Counted from the first letter of the stretch, positions 32,422 through 40,817 are shown. The stretch is 47,504 bases of DNA from a virus (IMGVR_UViG_3300045996_001090:1-47504), one strand, 5' to 3'. Notes: generated from the letters alone by a model not told the origin. Numbers and translations are program-made.

Positions 32422-33278
32422 CTGAGGCAAAGGTCCGGCGCGTGCTCAACGTCGAGCGCGTGCTCTCCTGGGCCGTCGAGGAGCTCGCCAAGCGCGCGCC
32501 CTCGGCGCTCGCCCTCCAAGCCCTCCAAGCCAACGCCGGCGTGCCTGCAGGCTATTTCCAGGGGCGGACGTCGCCCATGGGCTACCCGTCGGCCTCGCCC
32601 GGCTTCGGGGGCGTCGGCGGCGGCGCAATCTCGGCTCGGGCGCCGGTTGGCCTGCCGCACCCTGACGCGAAGCGGGTCGAGGCGGCGATCGCGCGGCTTG
32701 CTGGCTGGTCACCGGGCTTTTCCATCCATGGCCTAGATGATGGGATGAGAGGCGCCGGGCTCGATTGTGTCGGGGCCATGCGAAAGGCGCTGACGGCGGC
32801 GCGGGCGCTGATCCTCCATCACGCCACGCTCGGGACGCGGCCGAAGTACAAGCCGGAGCGGTTCGCGGTCCAGGCGGTCACCGGGCCGAACGGCAAGCCG
32901 GTTGTCGTCCGAAAAGAGCACGGGGCCGAGATAGCCTCGCCGCCGGAGAGGGCCGGCCGCTACACTCCGGGGACGTATTGCAAAATTGTGATCCTGCCGC
33001 CGGCCGAGGCGGTGCTGCGCGAGCGCGCCGATTATGCCGCCTGGCGCCTCGCCCTCGATCACCTCTCCGAAACCCTGCAGCTCGAAACGATCGTCGTCAC
33101 GCCTTCGCTCGCGGCTCGGCGGCCGTGGCTCGGCGAGCGCGACCAGGATCCGCGCGTGCTCGATGGCGGCGCCGCGCCGCTTCACCTTCTGCCGCGGCCG
33201 AAGGTCTATCCGACCGCGCGGCCTCGCCGCCCCACCTATCCTGTGCGGCACATCAAACCGCCGTCGGGGGCCGCTTGA
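32418..33278 (+). CDS. Hypothetical protein, 286 aa
   Basis: ATGA coupling upstream and TGATG coupling downstream. No recognisable motif. Confidence 0.55.
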   Translation: MTEAKVRRVLNVERVLSWAVEELAKRAPSALALQALQANAGVPAGYFQGRTSPMGYPSASPGFGGVGGGAISARAPVGLPHPDAKRVEAAIARLAGWSPGFSIHGLDDGMRGAGLDCVGAMRKALTAARALILHHATLGTRPKYKPERFAVQAVTGPNGKPVVVRKEHGAEIASPPERAGRYTPGTYCKIVILPPAEAVLRERADYAAWRLALDHLSETLQLETIVVTPSLAARRPWLGERDQDPRVLDGGAAPLHLLPRPKVYPTARPRRPTYPVRHIKPPSGAA

Positions 33279-33403
33279 TGGCCTGCACCTTTTCGGGGCA
33301 GTCTGACGCACCGGACGCCGAGCTCGAGGAGCTGATCCGGCTCCTCGCCGATTGGATCCGGCCGCCGGTGGATCGGGACGACGATGGGCGCGCTACGGTA
33401 TGA
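33278..33403 (+). CDS. Possible small acidic protein, 41 aa
   Basis: TGATG overlap with the upstream stop. Sequence MACTFSGQSDAPDAELEELIRLLADWIRPPVDRDDDGRATV. Confidence 0.35.
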   Translation: MACTFSGQSDAPDAELEELIRLLADWIRPPVDRDDDGRATV

Positions 33404-33561
33404 GGTTGTCTTTCCGTTTCTGGTCCTGGTGGCGCTGCTGCTCGTGCTGACGTTTCGCTAGGGCTATTTGCTTTTCCATCTGGATCGGCTCAAACCCGCT
33501 CCTCGTCTCTAGGGTCCGCCTCCGCGCGGGCCTTTTCTTTTGGGGCGGGGCTCTTCTCCAC

Positions 33562-33846
33562 ATGAAATTATCCACAATCGCCGCCGATGGGCGGGCGATC
33601 GCCGACGCCATGCGGAGGGTTCGCCGCGGCCAGCTTGAAGGCGCGGCCGTCGTCACTTTTTTGCACGATGCGGCGCTCGAGGTCGATGCGCTCATGTGCC
33701 GGCTGGTCGAGTCGACCGATGCTCGGAACGCCGAGGCTCGCGCGGCCGCGACGGTCAAAACGCGAGGCGGCGAGGTCATTTCGGACGGCCGGATCATCAA
33801 CGCGGAAAACCTGTTTCGGCGGCGCTTCGATCACGACGGCGCCTAG
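33562..33846 (+). CDS. Hypothetical protein, 94 aa
   Basis: ATG after a 158-bp non-coding, lower-GC gap. The mirror minus ORF is Ser/Ala/Arg-rich and was rejected. Confidence 0.5.
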   Translation: MKLSTIAADGRAIADAMRRVRRGQLEGAAVVTFLHDAALEVDALMCRLVESTDARNAEARAAATVKTRGGEVISDGRIINAENLFRRRFDHDGA

Positions 33847-33888
33847 CGATAACCGACCTTCTCGATAGTAAAAAAACGGGGCTCCACG

Positions 33889-34005
33889 ATGGGCGAATAT
33901 CTCGACGCGGGAGCGATCATAGAGCTCACTGAGCTCTACGGCCTGGGCTGGTGTTTCGTCGCCACGGGCTCGGGTCCGTCCTACTCGTTCCGGCTTTTCT
34001 TTTGA
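33889..34005 (+). CDS. Possible small ORF, 38 aa, coupled to the recombinase gene
   Basis: Third-position GC is higher than in the overlapping recombinase-frame extension. The stop overlaps the TTG 34002 start (TTGA). Confidence 0.35.
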   Translation: MGEYLDAGAIIELTELYGLGWCFVATGSGPSYSFRLFF

Positions 34006-34982
34006 CGCTCCCGGTCCCGGTCGGCCACGTCCAGGACAACCGCGAGCTCCCCCTTTCCGAAGCCTTCCGCGACGCCTTCGCGGCGGCTGCTGATTACGCT
34101 GCAGGCGACAAGGCGGACTCGACGCGGGCGGCTTACGCCGCGGACCTGCGCGATTTCGAACGCTGGTGCGTCGTCGTCGGCGCCGAGCCGCTCCCGGCCT
34201 CGGTCGCCACGGTTTGTGCGTATCTTGCAAACCTGGCGCAACAGCGCCTCAAGGTTTCCACGGTCGACCGCCGAGCGGCGGCCATCGCATACGGGCATCG
34301 GTTCCGAGGGCTAGAGCCCCCTACCTCTGCCGAGCCGGTCAAGCGGGTGCTTAGAGGCATTCGCAGGCGGACCGGGGTTTCCGTTGAAGCAAAAGCTCCG
34401 GCAACCGCCCGCGCCATTTCCGGGATGCTCAAGCGCATCCCTGCTGACACTCTGACGGGGAAGCGAGATCGCGCGCTCCTGGCGATTGGTTTCGCCGCGG
34501 CGCTCCGGCGCTCCGAGCTCGTCGCGCTGACCGTCGAGGATTTCGAGCGGGCGCCGGAAGGCCTCCGCGTCCACATTCGCCGATCGAAAACAGACCAAGA
34601 TGCATCCGGCCACACTGTTCCTGTTCCGGCTGGCTCTCGCCTTCGTCCTGTGGCGCTGCTCGACGAGTGGCTCGCCGCGGCCGCCATCACGGCCGGGCCG
34701 GTATTCCTCGCCATTCGCAAGGGCGGGCGAATCTCCGACCGTGCACTAACGCCCCAGTCCGTCGCGCTGATCGTGAAGAAGTGGGCCAAGGCCGCGAAGC
34801 TCGATCCGAGGCTCTACGCCGGACACAGCTTGCGCGCCGGGTTCGTAACCTCGGCGCTCGAGCACGGCGCCGATCTGCTCAAGGTGATGGCCGTGACGCG
34901 CCATCGCGAAGTCAAAACGCTGCAAACCTACGATCGCCGGGCGCAAGCATTCAAAGACCATGCGGGGCGGGGGTTCCTGTGA
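34002..34982 (+). CDS. int: Tyrosine recombinase/integrase, Cre-like architecture, about 326 aa
   Basis: TRAAYAADLRDFERWC (SAM-like N-domain), LRRSELVAL, IRRSKTDQ, GHSLRAGFVT, LQTYDRR (catalytic Arg/His/Arg/Tyr context). The GTG 33951 start is possible but has a poorer coding signal. Confidence 0.8.
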   Translation: MTLPVPVGHVQDNRELPLSEAFRDAFAAAADYAAGDKADSTRAAYAADLRDFERWCVVVGAEPLPASVATVCAYLANLAQQRLKVSTVDRRAAAIAYGHRFRGLEPPTSAEPVKRVLRGIRRRTGVSVEAKAPATARAISGMLKRIPADTLTGKRDRALLAIGFAAALRRSELVALTVEDFERAPEGLRVHIRRSKTDQDASGHTVPVPAGSRLRPVALLDEWLAAAAITAGPVFLAIRKGGRISDRALTPQSVALIVKKWAKAAKLDPRLYAGHSLRAGFVTSALEHGADLLKVMAVTRHREVKTLQTYDRRAQAFKDHAGRGFL

Positions 34983-35092
34983 CTGATCCGATCTTCTTCC
35001 GCCATCGCCACGATCGCCGGCTCGCTGTGGTCGGCGGGGCAACGCTCGGCGCGGTGCTCGCCCTTGCTCTGTGGGCGGTGGTGCTGCTGTGA
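34979..35092 (+). CDS. Possible small membrane protein, 37 aa
   Basis: GTGA overlap with the recombinase stop. Contains GGATLGAVLALALWAVVLL. Confidence 0.4.
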   Translation: MTDPIFFRHRHDRRLAVVGGATLGAVLALALWAVVLL

Positions 35093-35289
35093 ACCGGCGA
35101 CCGCGGGCGAATTACATTTCAACGGATGTCGGCCTCGTTCATGTGCCGGCGCTCGTCGTCGCAGACCACGACGCGCTCCGCGTCGGATTTCTGGCTGACC
35201 GGGCCAAGAACGAGCCTGAGCCGCTGGGCCTCCCGAATCCGGAGTGGGCCGCCCCGCGCAAGTTCAAACGAACGGGGGCGAGGCGATGA
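35089..35289 (+). CDS. Hypothetical protein, 66 aa
   Basis: GTGA overlap upstream and ATGA overlap downstream. Confidence 0.45.
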   Translation: MNRRPRANYISTDVGLVHVPALVVADHDALRVGFLADRAKNEPEPLGLPNPEWAAPRKFKRTGARR

Positions 35290-35621
35290 AGCATCCGCTG
35301 GCGCGCCTGATCCGAGAGGACCACGCCGAATACTACGCCCGCCGCGAGCTCGAGCGGCGCCAGCAAGCCGCGATGCAAAGCGACGCCTCGGACTATCCGA
35401 CCAAGCGCGCCACGCCGCCCCGCCCGGGGCCGGATTACAAATGGTGCGACGACCTGGATATGTGGCTGTTCGATCCGCTGGCGGACGTGTCGCCGGCGCT
35501 GCGCCAGTCGCGGACGTACCGCTTCGCCCCGCATGTGCCTCAAATGGTGGTCGAGCTCGAGGGCGAGGATGCTCTTGACGCGCTGCTGTCCGACCGCGGG
35601 CCGGGCAAGCCGGTCGAATAA
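35286..35621 (+). CDS. Hypothetical protein, 111 aa
   Basis: ATGA overlap upstream. Followed by an A/T-rich spacer before the terminase module. Confidence 0.55.
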   Translation: MKHPLARLIREDHAEYYARRELERRQQAAMQSDASDYPTKRATPPRPGPDYKWCDDLDMWLFDPLADVSPALRQSRTYRFAPHVPQMVVELEGEDALDALLSDRGPGKPVE

Positions 35622-35640
35622 ACTAAGGGGAAATTAATAA

Positions 35641-35895
35641 ATGGCTGCTCGGGCGCTCAAACCGCCGAGGGGCCGAGGGCGTCCTAAGGGCTCTCGGAAC
35701 AAGGTCACGGTCGAGCTAAAGGCCGCCATCCTCGAGGCTTTCGACACCGTAGGGGGCGGAAAATACCTCGCCGGCGTCGCTCGCGCTGATCCGCGGACCT
35801 TCTGCGCGCTCCTGGGCCGGGTGCTGCCCATGACGATTAAACAGACGGGCGACCTGTCCATCACGGTGCTGACCGGCGTGCCGCGTGGCGACTAA
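35641..35895 (+). CDS. Small terminase-like DNA-binding protein, 84 aa
   Basis: The N-terminal GRGRPKGSRNKVT motif is common in small terminase/DUF5681-type proteins. It is the first gene of the packaging module. Confidence 0.5.
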   Translation: MAARALKPPRGRGRPKGSRNKVTVELKAAILEAFDTVGGGKYLAGVARADPRTFCALLGRVLPMTIKQTGDLSITVLTGVPRGD

Positions 35896-36529
35896 GGTCC
35901 GGCTGATCCTGGGCGATTGCCTGGCAGAAATTAAGAAGCTCCGGCGGTCCATTGACGCGGTAGTGTCTGATCCTCCCTATGGGATTGGCTACGTCAAAGG
36001 CCCTGGCGGCAACCCACGCGCTGGCCGCTCTTGGTGCCGCCGAAACCATAGCAAGCCGGTCATCGGCGACGATCAACCTTTCGATCCGGCGCCGCTGCTC
36101 GCCATCGCACCGCACGTCATACTTTGGGGGGCGAACCATTACGCATCACGGCTCCCGCACGGCAGCTGGGTCGCGTGGGATAAACTCGACGGGCGCGAGC
36201 CGTGGGACTCGTTCTCAGATGTTGAGTTCGCTTGGTGTAACTGGCGCGGCAAGGATCGCATTGTCCGCCATCTGTGGAAGGGCGTTTGCACCGCCTCGGA
36301 GGTGGGCAAGCGCCGCCTCCATCCGACGCAAAAGCCCGTAGCGGTGATGCGCTGGTGCCTTGAACAATTACCGGCGTCCAGCCTGACCATCCTAGACCCC
36401 TACATGGGATCGGGCTCAACAGGGGTTGCGGCTGTCGAAATGGGCCTGAACTTCATCGGCATTGAGCGCGACCCGGCGTATTTCAAAATCGCGCGCGAGC
36501 GCATCGCGAGCGCCCGTGGCGACGGTTAG
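35885..36529 (+). CDS. DNA methyltransferase, N6/N4 beta-class (DPPY), 214 aa
   Basis: VVSDPPYGIGY (motif IV) is followed by HPTQKPV and DPYMGSGSTGVAAVEMGLNFIGIERD (motif I). This is a circularly permuted beta-class order, as in CcrM-like enzymes. Confidence 0.85.
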   Translation: MATKVRLILGDCLAEIKKLRRSIDAVVSDPPYGIGYVKGPGGNPRAGRSWCRRNHSKPVIGDDQPFDPAPLLAIAPHVILWGANHYASRLPHGSWVAWDKLDGREPWDSFSDVEFAWCNWRGKDRIVRHLWKGVCTASEVGKRRLHPTQKPVAVMRWCLEQLPASSLTILDPYMGSGSTGVAAVEMGLNFIGIERDPAYFKIARERIASARGDG

Positions 36530-37835
36530 TCTTGGTTATGAGTGCCGCCCGCAATTCGAGGCTTTTCACAGGAGGCGCCAACGCTGGGCGTGCCTCGTCG
36601 CGCACCGCCGGGCCGGCAAAACGGTCGCCTGCGTCGCGGACCTAATTGACGCTGCGCTGCGCTGCAACAAACCCGAGCCGCGCTTTGCGTATGTGGCGCC
36701 GCTCTACGTCCAGGCTAAGGACGTGGCCTGGGCCTACGTTAAGAAGTTCACGGCGGCGATCCCTGGCGTTGAGTTCAATGAGGCCGAGCTCCGGGTTGAC
36801 CTGCCCAACGGCGCACGGGTGCGCCTCTACGGCGCTGATAATTACGATCGCCTACGGGGCATCTACCTCGATGGCGTGATCCTTGACGAATATGCCGACT
36901 GGCCTCCGGCCGCTTGGTCGCAAGTGATCAGCGCGTGCCTGGCCGATCGGCAGGGCTGGGCGGTGTTTATTGGCACGCCAAAGGGGCGAAACGCCTTCTT
37001 CGAGATATGGGACCGGGCAGAAAGCGACCCGGATTGGTTCCGCCTCATGCTGCGGGCTTCGGAAACGGGGCTGCTGTCGGACGAGGAGCTTGACCAACAG
37101 CGGGCGACGAAAACGCCCGAGGAATACGAACAAGAGTTCGAATGCTCGTTCGATGCTGCGATCCTGGGCGCCTATTTCGGGCGCGAGGTCGCCGCGGCCG
37201 AGCGTGAAGGGCGCATCCGTACGGTTCCGTACCAACCGGGCCTCCCGGTCTACACGGCCTGGGACCTCGGCAAGGGCGCCAATATGGCGGTTTGGGTGTT
37301 CCAGACGCCGGGGCGCGAGCTCCACGTTATCGATTGCGTCTCGGGCCACCATGACGACGGCCTGCCGCAAGTCGCGGCGGTGCTCGATGGCAAGCCCTAC
37401 GCTGCAGACATCAAGCGCGATTGGGTGCCGCACGACGCGCGGGCGGTCGAGATAGGCACAGGCAAGTCCAGGGTCGAAACGCTCGCCGCTATCCGGCGTC
37501 GCCAGCCGTCGATCGTGCCGAACCACGGCGTTGACGACGGTATCAACGCGGTCCGCGTGTCGTTCAAGGATTGGTATTTCGACGCCGAGGCCTGCAAGTA
37601 CGGGCTCGAGGCGCTGCGGAATTATCGCGCCGAGTACGATGAAAAGGCGCGGACGTTCCGCAAGATCCCGAAGCACGATTGGACTTCACACTACGCCGAC
37701 GCTGCGCGGTACATGGCGATGGCCTGGCGCGAGATGGCGCCGGCGGCCGCGGCGCCGAAGCCTCGAGCTCTACCCGGTCAAGTGCTCCTGCCGGGCGCTC
37801 CGGTCCCGACGCGCGGCGTGCGCATCAAGATTTAG
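36516..37835 (+). CDS. terL: Terminase large subunit, about 439 aa
   Basis: Walker A HRRAGKT and Walker B VILDEYADW. C-terminal nuclease-type acidic residues. Lies upstream of the portal. GTG 36516 overlaps the methyltransferase end. Confidence 0.85.
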   Translation: MATVSLGYECRPQFEAFHRRRQRWACLVAHRRAGKTVACVADLIDAALRCNKPEPRFAYVAPLYVQAKDVAWAYVKKFTAAIPGVEFNEAELRVDLPNGARVRLYGADNYDRLRGIYLDGVILDEYADWPPAAWSQVISACLADRQGWAVFIGTPKGRNAFFEIWDRAESDPDWFRLMLRASETGLLSDEELDQQRATKTPEEYEQEFECSFDAAILGAYFGREVAAAEREGRIRTVPYQPGLPVYTAWDLGKGANMAVWVFQTPGRELHVIDCVSGHHDDGLPQVAAVLDGKPYAADIKRDWVPHDARAVEIGTGKSRVETLAAIRRRQPSIVPNHGVDDGINAVRVSFKDWYFDAEACKYGLEALRNYRAEYDEKARTFRKIPKHDWTSHYADAARYMAMAWREMAPAAAAPKPRALPGQVLLPGAPVPTRGVRIKI

Positions 37836-37951
37836 GCGATGAGGTAGCAGCGAAGCTCCGGAATGCGCTGCAAGCTTTCGGCCGCCTCGAGGCAGACGTA
37901 CATGCTGGCAAATTGAGCCACTAGCTGGGTCGCCGTCCAAAGCTCGATCAC
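37832..37951 (-). CDS. Antisense cassette ORF 3, 39 aa
   Basis: GGAG 7 nt before GTG 37951. Overlaps the terL stop by 4 nt (convergent). Sequence MIELWTATQLVAQFASMYVCLEAAESLQRIPELRCYLIA. Confidence 0.4.
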   Translation of the reverse strand: MIELWTATQLVAQFASMYVCLEAAESLQRIPELRCYLIA

Positions 37952-37954
37952 GTC

Positions 37955-38320
37955 CTAACTCCTCTCAGCGGACAACCGCTGAAACCCCGGCTGACCTGAT
38001 CCCTCACGCCGGCGCGGCGCTCCTGTTCGCGGGCGCCGCTCGCTTTCTTTCCTCTGCCTCTGCATGGCGACGCAAGCCGCGCCGATGCGAACTAGCAGCG
38101 TGTTGGGGTTCATTCCTAGCTGTGCCGCCAGCGCATCAGCGAACGCTTTTTCGACGTACCAGCCGCCGTCCCATCCGAGGGCGACTTGCGGGTTCATGCC
38201 CGCCTTTCCTTCTTCTTCAACCATAAAGGTGCCTTCCTTGAACGAGCCCGAAACACCGGCCGCGTCAAGCGTCGTGCGGATTTGCGCACCCTGCGTCAAG
38301 CCGATTGCTACCTCTCTCAT
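37955..38320 (-). CDS. Antisense cassette ORF 2, 121 aa (or 89 aa from ATG 38224)
   Basis: ATG 38320 is in ATGA overlap with ORF 1. The internal ATG 38224 has a strong SD (AAGGAAGG). The C-terminus is basic and disordered. Confidence 0.55.
   Translation of the reverse strand: MREVAIGLTQGAQIRTTLDAAGVSGSFKEGTFMVEEEGKAGMNPQVALGWDGGWYVEKAFADALAAQLGMNPNTLLVRIGAACVAMQRQRKESERRPRTGAPRRREGSGQPGFQRLSAERS
38222..38255. repeat. Imperfect direct repeat, copy 1 (partner 38395-38429; 31 of 35 aligned positions)
   Basis: CATAAAGGTGCCTTCCTTGAACGAGCCCGAAACA. On the minus strand it reads as SD plus ATG. Confidence 0.85.
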
Positions 38321-38397
38321 CCGAACCGTTCCCACAAGAGGAACGCCAACGCTCCGAAGCCGGCGATCGCGCCGCTACATTCGATAAATTCCAGCAT
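38317..38397 (-). CDS. Antisense cassette ORF 1, 26-aa hydrophobic peptide
   Basis: SD AAAGGAGGG 7 nt before ATG 38397. Sequence MLEFIECSGAIAGFGALAFLLWERFG. Confidence 0.3.
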   Translation of the reverse strand: MLEFIECSGAIAGFGALAFLLWERFG

Positions 38398-38429
38398 AAA
38401 GGCGCCCTCCTTTGAACGAGCCCGAACCA
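38395..38429. repeat. Imperfect direct repeat, copy 2
   Basis: CATAAAGGCGCCCTCCTTTGAACGAGCCCGAACCA. It spans the minus-strand ATG/SD and the first six codons of the tracked portal ORF. Confidence 0.85.
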
Positions 38430-40817
38430 CAAACCGAAGTGCTCGAGGCTGCTCGGCCTGCCACGTCGGCAAAGGTGTGGCTCGATCGCATTACCGAATC
38501 CTGCACCAAGTTTGAGAAGTGGCGCGAGCAATGCGCCAATCTCGACAAGCTGTATTCCAGGAACGAGCGCGCCGATAGCGCCGACCGCGAATATGCACTC
38601 TTTTGGAGCAACATCGAAGTCCTGAAGCCGGCGACGTATGCGAGGACGCCGGTTCCGGTGGTCGCGCCGCGCTTCAAGGACGGCAACGCGGTCGCGCGCG
38701 AGGCGTCGGAAACGCTCGAGCGGTGCCTCGTCGTACAGTTCGAACAGGCGGACCTTGACGGCCTGATGCGGGAAGTCCGGGACGACTTCCTGCGCTATGG
38801 GCGCGGAACGGCCTGGGTCCGCCTCGCCGGCGATGATGACGCGCTCGCGTTCGATGCCGTCGACCATCGCGATTTCTGCCATGAGCTCGGCCGCCGCTGG
38901 CGCGAAGTGACGTGGGTTGCTCGCCGGGCCTGGCTGACGCGGGATGACGGCGTTAAGCGGTTCGGCGATGCCTACAAGCGCGTGCCGCTGAAAAAGCGCG
39001 ATGAGAACGCGGCCATCCCTGATCGCGCCGACAAGGCGCCGGTTTGGGAAGTGTGGTCGAAGGCCGAGGGCTGCGTCTATTGGGTCGCTGAGGGCCTCGA
39101 TGATGAGGTTCTAGACCATAAAACGCCTGAGGAGCTCGGGCTCCTGCTGCGCGACTTCTGGCCGATGCCGAAGCCTGCCTATGGCACGCTGGTTCCTAAC
39201 TCGCTCCTGCCTGTCCCGGAGATTCGCCAGTACAAGGACCAAATCGAGGAGATTAACGAATACACGGCGCGCATTGCCGCGCTGTCGGACTCGCTCCGCG
39301 TGCGGGGTTTCTACCCGGCCGGCTCGGGCGATCTGAGCGAGGCAATCGAGGTCGCGGTCAAGAGCACTGACGATCGGGCGGTGCTGATCCCGGTTTCGTC
39401 GGCGGCGGCGATGGGCACCGGCGGCTTCGCCAACTCGATCGCCTGGCTCCCGGTCGGCGAGATTGCAAAGCTGGTCCAGGCGCTCGTCGAGCTCCGGCGC
39501 GTCGTCATCGATGACGTGTATCAAATCATGGGCATTGCGGACATTCTCCGCGGCCAAACCGATCCGAACGAGACCAAGGGCGCGCAACAGCTCAAGAGCC
39601 AATGGGGCTCGCTGCGGATGCGCGAGCGGCAGAACGAGCTCGTGAGATTCGCGCGCGACCTGACGCGCATCGGCGCCGAGATTATCTCAGAGAATTTCGC
39701 GCCCGAAGTGATTTTCGAAATGGCGCAGGTGCAGTTGCTGCCGGAAGCGGACAAGCAGCAGCTGCAGATGGAGATTCAACAGGCCGAGCAACAGGCGCAG
39801 CAAGCGGCGATGATGGCGCAGCAACAGGGCGGGCAGCCCCCTCCGCCTCCGCCGCCTCCGCCAAAGGCCATCCAGAAGCAACTCGAGGCGCCGTCGCAAG
39901 AAGAGGTGGCCGAGCTCCTGAAGAACGATCGGACGCGCGGCTTCGTCATCGAAATTGAGACCGATTCGACCATCCAGCCGGACGAGGACGCCGAGAAGGC
40001 GCGGCGCATCGAGGCGGTGACGGCGTTCGGCGGCTACCTTACGAGCGTTGCGCCGATTGTGCAGCAAATGCCCATGCTCGGCCCGTTTGTGGTCGAGGTG
40101 TTCAAGTTCGGCGCACAGGCGTTTAGGAGCGCGCGGCCGCTGGAGGCGGCAATCGACCAAATGGGCGAGGCCATCGAGGGCATGGTTGGCCAGCAACAGG
40201 GGCCGCCGCCCGATCCGCTGGCCGAGGCCAAGGCGCAGGCCGAACTAAAGCGCGTGGAGATTGAGGAAAAGCGCTTCATGGAGCTCGAGGGGCCAAAGGC
40301 CAAAGCCGAGCTCGATATCAAACAGGGTGAGCTCGAGCTGAAGCAACAGGAGCTTCAGCTCAAAGCCCGCGGCGAGGAGCGCGCCGACAAGGCGGAAGTT
40401 CGCGCCGATCGCGTCGAGGACCGCAACGACCGCGCGTTCATGCGCGACGGCTTCGCCATGCGTCGCGAGGCGACGAATAAGGACCGTGAGCACGGGCTCA
40501 AAGAGCGCGCGCAAACGCATACTGAAACCGCGCACCGCGACACGCTGCAGGACGGCAAGGCGGCCCGTGAGGCCGAGGACACGTTCCGCCGCGATGAAAA
40601 GGGCGTCCGCCCACGCGCCGAGACGGACGAGCGCGAAGCCGGCCGCGACCAGGCTCTATCCGCAATGGCGGATGCGCTCTCGAACATCAAAGAGACGCTC
40701 GATCAACCCCCTCGCGTGCGCCTGATCAAAGGCGCGGACGGTCGCACGGCCGAGGTCGAGCGCAACGGCGAGCGCCTTCCCGTCCGCCGTGACGGCAACA
40801 CCGTCTCGATAGGCTAG
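38412..40817 (+). CDS. Portal protein, up to 801 aa, with a long coiled/charged C-terminal extension
   Basis: Size and position next to terL. N-terminal WREQCANLDKLY...FWSNIEVLKPATYARTPVPVV pattern. The start could be TTG 38412, GTG 38439 or GTG 38475. Confidence 0.8.
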   Translation: MNEPEPQTEVLEAARPATSAKVWLDRITESCTKFEKWREQCANLDKLYSRNERADSADREYALFWSNIEVLKPATYARTPVPVVAPRFKDGNAVAREASETLERCLVVQFEQADLDGLMREVRDDFLRYGRGTAWVRLAGDDDALAFDAVDHRDFCHELGRRWREVTWVARRAWLTRDDGVKRFGDAYKRVPLKKRDENAAIPDRADKAPVWEVWSKAEGCVYWVAEGLDDEVLDHKTPEELGLLLRDFWPMPKPAYGTLVPNSLLPVPEIRQYKDQIEEINEYTARIAALSDSLRVRGFYPAGSGDLSEAIEVAVKSTDDRAVLIPVSSAAAMGTGGFANSIAWLPVGEIAKLVQALVELRRVVIDDVYQIMGIADILRGQTDPNETKGAQQLKSQWGSLRMRERQNELVRFARDLTRIGAEIISENFAPEVIFEMAQVQLLPEADKQQLQMEIQQAEQQAQQAAMMAQQQGGQPPPPPPPPPKAIQKQLEAPSQEEVAELLKNDRTRGFVIEIETDSTIQPDEDAEKARRIEAVTAFGGYLTSVAPIVQQMPMLGPFVVEVFKFGAQAFRSARPLEAAIDQMGEAIEGMVGQQQGPPPDPLAEAKAQAELKRVEIEEKRFMELEGPKAKAELDIKQGELELKQQELQLKARGEERADKAEVRADRVEDRNDRAFMRDGFAMRREATNKDREHGLKERAQTHTETAHRDTLQDGKAAREAEDTFRRDEKGVRPRAETDEREAGRDQALSAMADALSNIKETLDQPPRVRLIKGADGRTAEVERNGERLPVRRDGNTVSIG

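Noticed and set aside
31960-32430. 156-aa minus-strand ORF mirroring 31957-32421
   Set aside because: The plus frame has the better third-position GC, a natural-looking sequence, and ATGA coupling to the next plus-strand gene. The minus ORF would be an isolated antisense gene with no SD.
33404-33561. Possible attP containing a tRNA 3' fragment next to the recombinase region
   Set aside because: I could not find a T-arm/acceptor-like segment (GGTTCRANYCC context) or convincing inverted core repeats on either strand. It is kept only as a place to test, not as a feature.
33393-33800. 135-aa minus-strand ORF
   Set aside because: It has Ser/Ala/Arg-rich low complexity and is antisense to a plausible plus-strand gene (33562-33846). 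It also crosses the non-coding gap.
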